Assembly (NCBI GenBank): GCA_020854825.1
Contig: JAHKLY010000002.1
Location: forward strand, 160,001 to 224,000
DNA: 64,000 bases
Origin: Candidatus Micrarchaeota archaeon
Lineage (GTDB): Archaea; Micrarchaeota; Micrarchaeia; Anstonellales; JAHKLY01
Direction of reading: 5' to 3'
Of this stretch, positions 1 through 10,460 are shown in pieces. The first letter of the stretch is position 1. Every line of letters starts with the position of its first letter. The notes under the pieces are model-generated. The model was given only the letters and a program-made list of their open reading frames with translations, did not search any database and was not told the DNA's origin. A program made the position numbers and the translations under genes.

Positions 1-785
1 AATTATACTTAAAACGTCTTTTAATTGGAGGATTCCAAAGAGTGTATACAATATGTAAAAACTTTAGAAATGAAGATGTAGATAAAACGCATAATCCAGA
101 ATTCACAATGCTTGAATGCTATGCTGCATATTGGGATTATAATGAAGTTATGAATTTAGTAGAAGAATTATATGAAACTCTTGCAATTAAATTAAATAAT
201 AGTACAAAAGTACTATACCAAGGAACAGAAATTGATCTTAAAAGACCTTGGACAAGAATTACAATGAAAGATGCCCTTAAAAAATATGCTAAATTAAACG
301 TAGATGAATTAGAAAATGAAAAATTAAAAGAATTATTAATTGAAAATAAAATCGAATTAGATGTATATAAAAGAGGCCTTGCCATAGCAGAATTATTTAA
401 TAAATTATGTGAACCTCACTTAATACAACCTACCTTTGTTTATGATTATCCAAAAGAAACTACGGGATTATGTAAATTAAAAAGAGGAGATCCAGAATTA
501 ATTGAAAGATTTGAATTTTTTATAAATGGTAGGGAACAAGGTAACGCATATTCAGAATTAACAGACCCAAAATTACAAGAAAAATTCTTTACAGAACAAA
601 AAAACCAAGGTAAAATGAAAGGAGAACAACAGCCAATTGATGTTGAATTTATACATGCATTAGAATATGGAATGCCTCCTGCAGGAGGATTAGGTATTGG
701 AGTTGATAGAATCATAATGCTATTCACTGATAGCCCCTCAATTAGAGAGGTTATATTATTCCCTCAATTAAAACCTAAAGAATAG
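1..785 (+). CDS. lysS: Class II lysyl-tRNA synthetase, C-terminal part (5' truncated by the window edge)
   Basis: Frame is open from the window start (LYLKRLLIGG); motif 2 FRNE..HNPEFTMLECY, ERFEFF..GNAYSEL, motif 3 YGMPPAGGLGIGVDR. Confidence 0.95.
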   Translation, partial: LYLKRLLIGGFQRVYTICKNFRNEDVDKTHNPEFTMLECYAAYWDYNEVMNLVEELYETLAIKLNNSTKVLYQGTEIDLKRPWTRITMKDALKKYAKLNVDELENEKLKELLIENKIELDVYKRGLAIAELFNKLCEPHLIQPTFVYDYPKETTGLCKLKRGDPELIERFEFFINGREQGNAYSELTDPKLQEKFFTEQKNQGKMKGEQQPIDVEFIHALEYGMPPAGGLGIGVDRIIMLFTDSPSIREVILFPQLKPKE

Positions 786-807
786 GATATAATAAAAGAA
801 TAATATA

Positions 808-1596
808 CTATTGAGTAAGTACACATAATACTTCTTTTAAGAAATTTAATGCTTTTTTAATATTATCTTTTGTATACACATTAGAAATCCGATTACTTGG
901 ATAAACTTTTTCACTTATCTCAAATTCCTTAATCTGTTCTAATTCATATTCATCTGGTATCCATAATCCTCCAATATCTAACCTAGTAGCATTTTTACTA
1001 TTTAGTATTTCACAAATAGTTAATAATTCATCAAAGTTGAATCCTTCTTCAAGCAAAACCCACGTTTCATTAATTTCAATATCTGTATACACAGGGTAAA
1101 AATTTAATATATCTAAATCAATTGTTGCTTGTATCTTTCCTTCAAAAGACTTTAATTTAGATATATCAAAATATGAAACATTTGGAAGCCAGCAATCTCT
1201 ATTACTCATCTCATTTAAAAATATCATTTGTTTTTTCTTACATTTAAATTTTTCAGGCATAATTAATCCAATTTGTAATCCAATAAGTGCAGAAAAGGCT
1301 ATATGGTTCCAGCATCTAGGAATTTGTTCATCATCATAAACATTAAGAAGAGTATCTGAATGTTGGTCAATATTTACCTTTAACCAATTTTTATCTGCAT
1401 TAGTAATTAATTCTGGCTTTGGATCTCTTTTAGCAGAAAAATGATGTTGTGTACCATCACCCCATAATAAAATACTGTCCTCAGGTATTTTTGGGATATC
1501 TTCTGTTCTAACCGGTATAAAATTAAATCTTGTATCAGATAATCTTCTAACTACTTTCTGACATGTATAAGAGTTTAAATGAAAAACATCTATCAT
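808..1596 (-). CDS. Divergent arginase/ureohydrolase-fold metallohydrolase
   Basis: GDGTQHH, NIDQHSD (DxHxD) and TIDLD motifs; AAAAGGTTTATAAA promoter just upstream. Confidence 0.55.
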   Translation of the reverse strand: MIDVFHLNSYTCQKVVRRLSDTRFNFIPVRTEDIPKIPEDSILLWGDGTQHHFSAKRDPKPELITNADKNWLKVNIDQHSDTLLNVYDDEQIPRCWNHIAFSALIGLQIGLIMPEKFKCKKKQMIFLNEMSNRDCWLPNVSYFDISKLKSFEGKIQATIDLDILNFYPVYTDIEINETWVLLEEGFNFDELLTICEILNSKNATRLDIGGLWIPDEYELEQIKEFEISEKVYPSNRISNVYTKDNIKKALNFLKEVLCVLTQ

Positions 1597-1767
1597 ACAT
1601 ATATTACAACACTTTTTATTTATAAACCTTTTGAAAAACCTATTTGTGCAATAATTTTACACTAATTAATTCCAAATGTATAAGTATAATAGTACTTTCT
1701 TTTAATTTATCTGATAATATATAGAATATAACGAGATTTTTAAATATATCTTGATTAGTAGAATTTA

Positions 1768-1782
1768 GAAAAGATTTATAAA
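1768..1782 (+). promoter_or_regulatory. BRE/TATA promoter of tfb
   Basis: GAAAAGA-TTTATAAA upstream of tfb; SD GAGGTGA before the ATG. Confidence 0.5.
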
Positions 1783-1863
1783 GGTTTCTACATATAACTG
1801 ATATACAAAACATTTATAAATCTAATGCTGATTTTGAAAAAATTGTGGAATAGAGGTGAATAA

Positions 1864-2769
1864 ATGGGTAAAAAATGTCCAAATTGTGGCGCAGAAGAAT
1901 TTGTTCGTGATTATGAAAAAGGAGAACTCATTTGCAAAAAATGCGGCTGTGTTGTTAAAGACGAAATAGCAGATGAAGGCCCAGAATGGAGAGCTTTTGA
2001 TGCTCAACAAAGAAACCAAAGAGCAAGAGGAGGCGCACCAATTAAATATATGAGACCGAATAAAGGATTAGTAACTGAAATTGATCAATATAACAGAGAT
2101 ATTAGGGGAGCTAAAATATCTCCAAAAAAACAAGCACAATTACATAGAATTAGAAAATGGCATAAAAGAGCTTCTATTGCATCATCAATGGAAAGAAATT
2201 TAGCAATAGCATTAGGAGAACTAGATAGAATTGCTTCTTATTTAGGCTTATCTGATAGCACAAGAGAGAGCGCAGCACTATTATATAGAAAATGCGTTAA
2301 AGCTGAATTGATTAGAGGAAGATTAATTGAAAGCGTAGTAGCTGCAGTTATATATGCAACATGTAGATTACAAGAAATTCCAAGAACATTAGACGAAATA
2401 GCAAGAGTTGCAGGATTAGAGAAAAAAGAAATAGGTAGAGCATACAGATTTATTAGAAGAGAACTAGATTTAGATGTTCCTTTAACAAATCCAGGAAGTT
2501 ATGTACCTAAATTCTGCGCATCATTGAAATTAAGCGGAAAAGTACAAGAAAAAGCAATACAAATCTTGAAAAAAGCAGTTAAAAAAGGGCTTATCTCTGG
2601 TAGAGGCCCAACAGGAGTTGCAGCAGCAGCTGTATACATTGCAAGTGCAATGTATGGCGAAAGAAGAACACAAAAAGAAGTTGCTGACGTAGCAGGAGTA
2701 ACAGAAGTTACTATCAGAAATAGATACAGAGAACTTAAAAAAGAGCTTAAAATCAAAGTAGAGCTGTAA
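1864..2769 (+). CDS. tfb: Transcription initiation factor IIB (TFB)
   Basis: Zn ribbon CPNC..CKKC, GPEWRAF, two cyclin repeats, VTEVTIRNRY. Confidence 0.98.
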   Translation: MGKKCPNCGAEEFVRDYEKGELICKKCGCVVKDEIADEGPEWRAFDAQQRNQRARGGAPIKYMRPNKGLVTEIDQYNRDIRGAKISPKKQAQLHRIRKWHKRASIASSMERNLAIALGELDRIASYLGLSDSTRESAALLYRKCVKAELIRGRLIESVVAAVIYATCRLQEIPRTLDEIARVAGLEKKEIGRAYRFIRRELDLDVPLTNPGSYVPKFCASLKLSGKVQEKAIQILKKAVKKGLISGRGPTGVAAAAVYIASAMYGERRTQKEVADVAGVTEVTIRNRYRELKKELKIKVEL

Positions 2770-2781
2770 TTTACAGCCAAC

Positions 2782-2802
2782 TTTTCTTTTTTTTTATTTT
2801 TT
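2782..2802 (+). terminator. Oligo-T terminator of tfb
   Basis: TTTTCTTTTTTTTTATTTTT right after the stop codon. Confidence 0.6.
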
Positions 2803-2825
2803 AATGATTAAAGATTAGGATAATC

Positions 2826-4925
2826 CTAATTAAAACACATGTTTTCATAATACCAATTGCATTCTATACCTAAAAGATAGCTATGATAATTTTTCATAAA
2901 TTCTTTAGATTCAAAACCATAATTAGATTTTATATTAGATACTAAATTATCTGGACTAGAAGAACTTAAAACTAACGTCTCTATATCTCCATCTCCAAAA
3001 TAATCATAAACTGCTAGTCCTAATATTTGCCATTCTCTTGTTTTCCAGTGTAAATCACTTGAAAATTTAGAAGGATGTTTTTTAGATAAGTTGTAACTTT
3101 TCATATATGAATTATAAAAATTATAAGATTTATCATCTAAATTATCATACCCTGTTGTTTTTGCTAATGTTCTTATTAAAAATACATCAAATTCATATTT
3201 ATCAGCATATCCTGCTGTTGTAAATGTTGCCTCAAGAAATTGATCTCCAGTATTATAATCATATAAAGAACAGTCTTCCCTTGAACGTGAATATGAACCA
3301 TACTCTGTAAATCCAGAACTAGCAGTATGTATATTACAAACAAAGGCAGGGGCACATTTGTCATACTCTCCATAATTAAATACATTATCTCCATACCCCA
3401 TTAAATTATTATATATATTATCATAAAAAGAATACTCTATGTCTGATGGAGATCTATCTTCTGTTATTTCTAAAAATCTATCTGGAGCTGCCCATTTTAA
3501 ATTAACTAATCCTAAACAACCAGAACTATATCCTCCATTATCTGCAAAAACCAAGGGAGAATGTGCCCCTATATCTATATACCCCCATGAATTGACTGTC
3601 CAAACCTTGAATAATTTATCCTTATTATATCCTTTATTTAATGAATAATCTTCACTATAACAAAATGGATTTGCATTTGAAGTTACAGTCACTATTGAAG
3701 GATTACATGCCTGAACTGATAAATAACCTGCATGTGTTAAAAATGGAATCTCCCTCATTAGAAGTTCATAAGTATTTGCTAAATCTGTTTCAAACCATTT
3801 ACATGAACTATCATAATTAAATCCTTCCCTTCCCCCAAAAGTAAATATAATTGAAGGTTTAGAATAATTCCTTAAATTATACAACCCGTTTTCAAATAAT
3901 TTAACCATTATATAATTACCATTACATTTATCAAAATTGTTAAAAATAATGTCCTCTGCTATCATATCCACACAATATTCAGTTTTACCAGATCCAATTG
4001 CTCCAACTCCTCCCATAGGATTCGGACATGTTAATGAGCCAGGAAATACCAAATCTGTACCATAAATTATTCTATCTAAAAATTCTATTCTATTTTCTTT
4101 TGGAGGATCAACAGCAACTAAAATTTCAGGGTATTCATCTTTAATCCTCCATGCTTCTTGCAATACAAAATTTGCATCATCTAATTCTGCACCAGTTTCT
4201 AAAACAAGGACTATTGGGCCAATTATTTTCCCATCCTCCTTTACAAAAGAATAATTTATTAATTTCATTATTTCTTCTTCTCTATTTTTCTTTGTACTTC
4301 CAGGTAATAACGGGCCTAATTCTGCGTCTCCTTTAGGTATCACAATTACTGGAATTTGTCCTTTATCAAGCATACTTTCTAAACGTGCTCTATTTGGATA
4401 AGGATAAATAGAATTATCAGGATTTGACATAAGCCATTTTTGATGCATAGTATTAGAACAATTAGTATAATAATCTCCATAGATTCCTTCTAAAAATGAA
4501 GATCCCATTCCAATTCTAAAAAAATCATAATTTGCATCTAATGTATTTAATTTCTCAGATAATAAGGTACTATCAATATCTGTAAAATGATTTGAAGAAT
4601 TTCCTTTTATTACCCAACATTGTCCACCTTTTAATGTATTTTTTGTCCAAGGTAATAAATCAATCAACCAATCTCTAGATTGATTTTTACATACAAATGC
4701 AATACAAACTCCAGATTCATCACAAAAATCTTTTATAAAATTAGATAAGTTAGTTTGTTCAGGCCCCTCCCCAATAGCTAAACCTTCAGTAGTATATAAT
4801 AAATTCCTATCTACTCCTGTTGTATTATAAAGAATATCAGTTCTATCAACACAACCAAGAATAAATAAAAAAATAAAAACTCCTATTAAATAGCTTTTTT
4901 TCATAAACAACATCCTTTTATTCAA
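2826..4925 (-). CDS. Secreted Cys-rich lipoprotein of unknown function
   Basis: Hydrophobic signal ending in LGC lipobox; many Cys; overlaps the end of the upstream 1079-aa gene. Confidence 0.7.
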   Translation of the reverse strand: MNKRMLFMKKSYLIGVFIFLFILGCVDRTDILYNTTGVDRNLLYTTEGLAIGEGPEQTNLSNFIKDFCDESGVCIAFVCKNQSRDWLIDLLPWTKNTLKGGQCWVIKGNSSNHFTDIDSTLLSEKLNTLDANYDFFRIGMGSSFLEGIYGDYYTNCSNTMHQKWLMSNPDNSIYPYPNRARLESMLDKGQIPVIVIPKGDAELGPLLPGSTKKNREEEIMKLINYSFVKEDGKIIGPIVLVLETGAELDDANFVLQEAWRIKDEYPEILVAVDPPKENRIEFLDRIIYGTDLVFPGSLTCPNPMGGVGAIGSGKTEYCVDMIAEDIIFNNFDKCNGNYIMVKLFENGLYNLRNYSKPSIIFTFGGREGFNYDSSCKWFETDLANTYELLMREIPFLTHAGYLSVQACNPSIVTVTSNANPFCYSEDYSLNKGYNKDKLFKVWTVNSWGYIDIGAHSPLVFADNGGYSSGCLGLVNLKWAAPDRFLEITEDRSPSDIEYSFYDNIYNNLMGYGDNVFNYGEYDKCAPAFVCNIHTASSGFTEYGSYSRSREDCSLYDYNTGDQFLEATFTTAGYADKYEFDVFLIRTLAKTTGYDNLDDKSYNFYNSYMKSYNLSKKHPSKFSSDLHWKTREWQILGLAVYDYFGDGDIETLVLSSSSPDNLVSNIKSNYGFESKEFMKNYHSYLLGIECNWYYENMCFN

Positions 4926-7900
4926 TTCTTATTCTACCTAAACGTATAAGATATTTAATCTTTTCCATCATAACTGGATCCTCGTAAGATTTAACTCCTG
5001 AAATCTTACCTATATACTCTAATCCATTAATTGATGAATAGTCATATTCTTTAGAAGGATCAAATTTCTCTACTTGTTCTTTTTGGTTTGTAAATTCAAA
5101 ATTACATTTCTCACATTTTTTACTATCTATATCATTATTATGACCACAGATAGGACATTTTTGTTTAACTGGAGTTAAATTAATATTTAACATTCCTCCA
5201 ATAATTGGAGGTACATTTGTATTAATCATATTTGGTCTTAACTCCCCAAATCTTTCTTCTCTTTCTGCTAAAAATCCTCTATTAACCCAAGTATCAATGT
5301 CATCAACCGGCTTATCTGAAAACACTCTTAATTTTAATGACTCTGATAATTTTTCTTCCATTTCTTTAATTGGTTCAGATCCTGCATATACCACCCTATA
5401 ATTCCCATTTTCATACACTAATTTAATTCCTTTATCTGAACCTACTACCTCTCCTGGATGTTTTGTTAAATACTTAGTAAATTCATTCATAGCTTCTAAA
5501 TTAATTCTAACCATCTCTTCTTGTGCTTCTGCAACTCTTCCTTCTGCTTTTTCAATTTTATCTAAATAACCCTCTCTTTGCAAAGTATCAACATACTCTT
5601 TTTTTGATAAAAATGCCGCAGATTTTTTTTCATAAGAATACTCTTTTGAAGTGCCTCTTTTATATTCTTCTTTGAAAACTTCATCATAAAATATTAAAAA
5701 CGAATCTATATCTCTAATTGCTTTGGAATATTCTTCATTAAAATTAGTTCCAGTTCTATTCTTATTATATTTATAGAATTCATTTGTTATTTCATCTAAA
5801 AATTTTATTGGGTCTCTTCTACTCCAATTGTTATATTTTTTTTCTAATTTTTTATATGTATCATTATATGTAACATCTTTCCCTTCTCTTTTTTGTTTTG
5901 CATATTCATGCCCTGCAATTAAATTAACAAGTTCGTGTCTTATATCAGTTATTCTAGTTTGAAGTGCTCCATTGTGTTCTTTATTTGATTCATTTAGTGC
6001 TTCTTCAAAAGAAATTCCTTTGGATCTTACTTTATTTTCTGCTTGTTCATGAATACTCTTTTTAAATTCAATACTTGAAGGTAAACTGGGATCTGAAAAA
6101 CCTAACGTTTCAGTAAAACCTAGTGCTGTTGTTAATGCCTGCCATTTAAACTTTCCTTCATTTAATAAAATATCTACTGCCTCTTTAGCACCAGAAGACT
6201 CTTGCACAAATAACTCAAGATATCTTTGTTTATCTTCTTTTTTACCTCTTGTAGAGTCCAAAAGAAGTTTTGCTGCATCATATCTTCTTGCTAATGACCG
6301 TACATAATTAACTTGTGCAAAATCGTATTTATTTCCATTTCTTTCATAATTATCTAAAGTAGCATTAATTTCCGAATATGTGTTTAATAGTAATTTTGAT
6401 TCCGCTCCTGCAGTTTTCCTAAATTTTATATCCTTAAACAGCCTTAATATAATATCCACTCTTTTTCTTTCTGTTAATTGAGTATTAATATTAATTTCAC
6501 CTTTTGTTAAATAACCAGTTTGTTCTAATTCTTTTATTAATTGATTTTTTTGAGTTCTTGATAATTCATCAAATACTAGTATTTTTTCTATATCTCTTGT
6601 ATTTTTCTTACCTTTTGGATTTGATATTTCTCCATAATTTTTCCCAGTAAATAATATTATTGAATTGTTCATTCCCTTATATAAATCATGTTCAACATAT
6701 GTTCTTTTTAACTTAGTCATCATATCAGAAGGCGATTCAATCGGTACAGATAAGGGTTTTAATGAACCTGCTACAACTACTCCTAATGAACCTTCATAAT
6801 TTTTTTTGATCATAGATTTAAATCCTTTTGCAGGGTTTTTCCAAAACTTAAGTGAATCTGTTATGTCTTTTTTGAACCCTCCTAAAACTTGTTGACCTAA
6901 TGAAACTGACAATCCAACTAATGGAACTCTCCTGACTTTACCTACATATATAGGTGATTTTATAACTCCTCCTTTTCCATCTGGTGCTCCTTCTATTAAT
7001 TTATTACTTTTAGAATCAAGCATTGTTCCAGTTACGCCTACTCCCATTAATGATTTAACATATTTACCTTCAATAAACACTCCATTCTTATCATAATATC
7101 CTATTTGCTTTTCAAGTAATTTTTTTCTCAAATATGCTTGTCTTAACTCTATTGGTGATTTACTTGATTCATATGCAATCATTTTAGATAATCCAATATA
7201 ATCTGAAGGAAGAGTTATACTGCCATTTATCATTTTTCTTGCTCTGGCTAATTCTCCTCTAGAAATTAATTGATATAAATAGATTTTTTGCAATGAATTT
7301 AATCTTTTATTATTTCTTACTGTGGATAATAAATTTGATTTATCTTTATCTCGTTCTTTTTTTGCTATTCTATCTGATACAGAATATACTGAAGCAGAAA
7401 GTGCAGCAACCTTTGCAGTTGCTTTTGCAGCATTATGAGAATTTAAAATTACGCCTGCTTTTGCTTCTAATTTAATTTTCCCTACTATTCCCCCTAATCC
7501 TTCCATAGCTTTAGGAAGTCTTGGTTGAGTAATATCAAATACTTGTAATGGATTATCTCCTTGAAAAAACATTGCTGCAAAAATAATACCTGATAAAATA
7601 ATAACAAAAATACATAATGGATTTCTATTTACATCTGATATTACTTTAACAAGAATTAAATATAATGAATTAAATGAATCTGCAGTAAATGGAGTATTAG
7701 AAACATAAAATATATGTTCTAATGCCCCATATTCATTACTCCCTAAAAATACAAATTTAATTGCTGCATATTCTGAAAGATTTTTACCACATTCTACATT
7801 AAAATCTGTAATAATTAACTGTCCATTAGAATTTGTTATTTTATTTGAACACAAATAAAAGTCAGGCATAGTTTCACTTACATATATTTTTATCTCCTTA

Positions 7901-8157
7901 TTTGCTAAAGGATTTTTTGCTGAAAGTAATGGAGTAAAGTACCACTGATATTGTGAATATTCCTTTAAGTATTCTTGATCAGAAGATAAAGATACATTTC
8001 TCCAAGTAAAATTTGCATTTATGGATCCATGGCCTTTAAGAGAAACATCAGTTATATGAACTTCTGTTTTATATTTTTGAGGTATTATATTTGAATAACT
8101 AATTGAAATTAGTAATAACATAACCACACTAAGTATGATAATATTTATATTTTTCAT
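4918..8157 (-). CDS. Large membrane protein with cytoplasmic helical region and C-terminal zinc ribbon
   Basis: Signal peptide, hydrophobic segments around aa 165-200, CPICG..CEKC near the C-terminus. Confidence 0.7.
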   Translation of the reverse strand: MKNINIIILSVVMLLLISISYSNIIPQKYKTEVHITDVSLKGHGSINANFTWRNVSLSSDQEYLKEYSQYQWYFTPLLSAKNPLANKEIKIYVSETMPDFYLCSNKITNSNGQLIITDFNVECGKNLSEYAAIKFVFLGSNEYGALEHIFYVSNTPFTADSFNSLYLILVKVISDVNRNPLCIFVIILSGIIFAAMFFQGDNPLQVFDITQPRLPKAMEGLGGIVGKIKLEAKAGVILNSHNAAKATAKVAALSASVYSVSDRIAKKERDKDKSNLLSTVRNNKRLNSLQKIYLYQLISRGELARARKMINGSITLPSDYIGLSKMIAYESSKSPIELRQAYLRKKLLEKQIGYYDKNGVFIEGKYVKSLMGVGVTGTMLDSKSNKLIEGAPDGKGGVIKSPIYVGKVRRVPLVGLSVSLGQQVLGGFKKDITDSLKFWKNPAKGFKSMIKKNYEGSLGVVVAGSLKPLSVPIESPSDMMTKLKRTYVEHDLYKGMNNSIILFTGKNYGEISNPKGKKNTRDIEKILVFDELSRTQKNQLIKELEQTGYLTKGEININTQLTERKRVDIILRLFKDIKFRKTAGAESKLLLNTYSEINATLDNYERNGNKYDFAQVNYVRSLARRYDAAKLLLDSTRGKKEDKQRYLELFVQESSGAKEAVDILLNEGKFKWQALTTALGFTETLGFSDPSLPSSIEFKKSIHEQAENKVRSKGISFEEALNESNKEHNGALQTRITDIRHELVNLIAGHEYAKQKREGKDVTYNDTYKKLEKKYNNWSRRDPIKFLDEITNEFYKYNKNRTGTNFNEEYSKAIRDIDSFLIFYDEVFKEEYKRGTSKEYSYEKKSAAFLSKKEYVDTLQREGYLDKIEKAEGRVAEAQEEMVRINLEAMNEFTKYLTKHPGEVVGSDKGIKLVYENGNYRVVYAGSEPIKEMEEKLSESLKLRVFSDKPVDDIDTWVNRGFLAEREERFGELRPNMINTNVPPIIGGMLNINLTPVKQKCPICGHNNDIDSKKCEKCNFEFTNQKEQVEKFDPSKEYDYSSINGLEYIGKISGVKSYEDPVMMEKIKYLIRLGRIRIE

Positions 8158-8224
8158 AATAATATTCCTGCTTTTGTATTTTAAAACCTTTTTGATATGT
8201 TTTTATACATATATTTCTATAAAA

Positions 8225-8731
8225 TCAAATTTCATTCCAGTCTTGTTCAAAAACTGATATAAAATTTTGCACTGAACATGAAGTTAAAACTGCTGCTTCT
8301 CTATTAGAAGTAATAGCAGAATAACTAAAATTAGTACTCCCAACAAAAACTTTTTTTCCATCAATTATCATAAATTTTGAATGAGTTCTACTAAATTTTC
8401 TTGGGGCCCATTTTACATCTATCTCATTTGAAATTAAATTATAAAAACAGTCTTCATTTGATTCTATTTCCTGCTCCAATATAACTCTCACTTTAACTCC
8501 CCCATTGTTTGCATCAATTAATGCTTGCCTTAAACTATTACTAGAAAAAACATACATTTCAACATCAATGGATTTTTGTGCATTATTGATTATATCTAAA
8601 ATTCTAGCTTCAGAGTTAGGAGAAAATATAGGTTCTACATAACAATTCGTGTTAAAATTTATAAAAATAATAAAACATAATACTAATGAAATAAAAAAAC
8701 CAATTACTGCTGATTTCATATCAATTTTCAT
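8225..8731 (-). CDS. Membrane-anchored phospholipase D/Nuc-family protein with a single HKD motif
   Basis: HSKFMIIDG..GSTNFS..NRE motif; N-terminal TM helix. Confidence 0.9.
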   Translation of the reverse strand: MKIDMKSAVIGFFISLVLCFIIFINFNTNCYVEPIFSPNSEARILDIINNAQKSIDVEMYVFSSNSLRQALIDANNGGVKVRVILEQEIESNEDCFYNLISNEIDVKWAPRKFSRTHSKFMIIDGKKVFVGSTNFSYSAITSNREAAVLTSCSVQNFISVFEQDWNEI

Positions 8732-8745
8732 AAAAACACCAAAAA

Positions 8746-8996
8746 CGGGCCTGATGTGATTGTCAGATCTTTTTTAGATAATCTACCTAAGCAAAATCAT
8801 TTGAATTCGTGAACCATTATCCTTTTGGAGTAAAAGCTTTTTCTTTTGGTAAAGAAAAAGGGTTACACACGACCTATTGCTTAGGAGGCAATCGCTCTAT
8901 TCTCGCTTTCTTTCTTTTATTTAAAGATCTTTCTTTTTAATGAAAATTTCTTTCTTTTTTAAAAAGAAAGAAAGTTCCAAGCTGAGCTACAGGCCC
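8746..8996 (-). tRNA. tRNA-Arg(CCT) with three introns: D-loop 8900-8975, 53/54 8806-8865, 59/60 8760-8799
   Basis: Removing the introns gives a 75-nt cloverleaf GGGCCTG..CAGGCCC-G, anticodon CCT at 8885-8883; each junction is BHB-like. Confidence 0.92.
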
Positions 8997-8997
8997 G

Positions 8998-9246
8998 TTA
9001 ATTATTAATTTTTAAATTAATCTCATCATCTAATATTTTTTTATTTAAAGAAAAAACAATATACATTCTATAATTATTTTCTTTAAGACCTTCAAAATAT
9101 TCAGTTATTTGCGCTTTCAACTCTAAAATATCTGAAAAGTTTCTTTTCATTTTTAAGTTTGCATTAAACATAAGAATATCCTTCTTTGTTTGTTTATATT
9201 CTTCACTCCGTACAAAATTTTCTAAATCTTTTAGATCTTCAAACAT
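8998..9246 (-). CDS. Hypothetical protein (82 aa)
   Basis: Overlaps the upstream ORF in the mcm cluster; no motif recognised. Confidence 0.6.
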   Translation of the reverse strand: MFEDLKDLENFVRSEEYKQTKKDILMFNANLKMKRNFSDILELKAQITEYFEGLKENNYRMYIVFSLNKKILDDEINLKINN

Positions 9247-9487
9247 ATTCTCTTCCCCTAACTTCTTTTTTTAATGCGTATAGAATTTCTATGCTAGTAT
9301 CCATCTTATCTAAATTTAATTTATTATTTAAATCCCCTAATGTAGTTAAATTATTTGTTATCTTTCTCAATAATATATTCGTCTCATGTTCGATTGGAAA
9401 TTCTTTTGAATTTAAATTCCCATATAAAATATATTCTAATACATTTTCACAAGCTTTGTCCTTTTTAGGATTTAAAGAAAATCTCAT
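9239..9487 (-). CDS. Hypothetical protein (82 aa)
   Basis: Same-strand packing after the presenilin gene; no motif recognised. Confidence 0.6.
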   Translation of the reverse strand: MRFSLNPKKDKACENVLEYILYGNLNSKEFPIEHETNILLRKITNNLTTLGDLNNKLNLDKMDTSIEILYALKKEVRGREYV

Positions 9488-9509
9488 ATTATTAATACTT
9501 CAAAAAACT

Positions 9510-10448
9510 TTATAACCCTAATGTTAATCTTAATATATAAAATATTCCTAATCCTAATAAGCAACCCGCAGTTAAAGGAGGCAATGCAGGCAAAAATATT
9601 TTTTTATTAAGTATATAATATATTAATACTATAAATGCCGTTGTTGCACCTATTATTACTGATAAAGTCCCAAGTAAACCAAAAACATAATATGAAGAAA
9701 CTGAAACCATTATTGGCATAATTAAATCTCCTGTACCTAATTCCATTTTTTGTCTTTTATTATCTTTAAAAGAATAATTATCCTCTTTGATATTTCCTTT
9801 AATATTACTCTTTTCTTCATTAATTTTATTAACTTCCGTTATTTTAACATCTGAATTTCCAACTTGTAAAGAAAAAGATAAATTTCTCTCACTTAATGCT
9901 TTTGCAAAAGTTATCATATGTTTGGTTTTAAATACTGCAATATAGTCATAAACTGATAAACATATCATCAATAAAATAGCTGGCCAAAAACCTAAAGAAA
10001 ATCCAAAAATAGCACCAACTCCTGCACTAGATAAAATTGCTGCGATGTTTCTTGCTTTATGCGTAATCCATTTAGTGCTTGCAAAAATAAACGCAATAAT
10101 AAATGCAAATATAAAGGACCAATCAATTCCAAAAATTGGAAAAAATGAATATAATAAAATAAAAAATACTATATTTGAAGAAAATAAAATAATCATAAAT
10201 TCTATAGACCTAAAAACAAATACTCCTTTATAATATTTAATAATTAAATAAAATACTAGCGCACCAAATAACATATAAAAAATAAAAAATACTGCATTCC
10301 ATAAACTCCCAGTTTCTCCTATAGGATTTACACGCATATCTTCAAATTCAGGTACTAACTCACTTTTTGTTATTAATAAAACCCCTACTAATGCGCCAAG
10401 TAATTGGGCAATTATAAAGAAAAATATTAATTTATATACAAAATTCAT
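9510..10448 (-). CDS. Presenilin/SPP-family intramembrane aspartyl protease
   Basis: Multiple TM helices with YD, LGTGD and PALP motifs. Confidence 0.93.
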   Translation of the reverse strand: MNFVYKLIFFFIIAQLLGALVGVLLITKSELVPEFEDMRVNPIGETGSLWNAVFFIFYMLFGALVFYLIIKYYKGVFVFRSIEFMIILFSSNIVFFILLYSFFPIFGIDWSFIFAFIIAFIFASTKWITHKARNIAAILSSAGVGAIFGFSLGFWPAILLMICLSVYDYIAVFKTKHMITFAKALSERNLSFSLQVGNSDVKITEVNKINEEKSNIKGNIKEDNYSFKDNKRQKMELGTGDLIMPIMVSVSSYYVFGLLGTLSVIIGATTAFIVLIYYILNKKIFLPALPPLTAGCLLGLGIFYILRLTLGL

Positions 10449-10460
10449 ACTAGCTACTCC

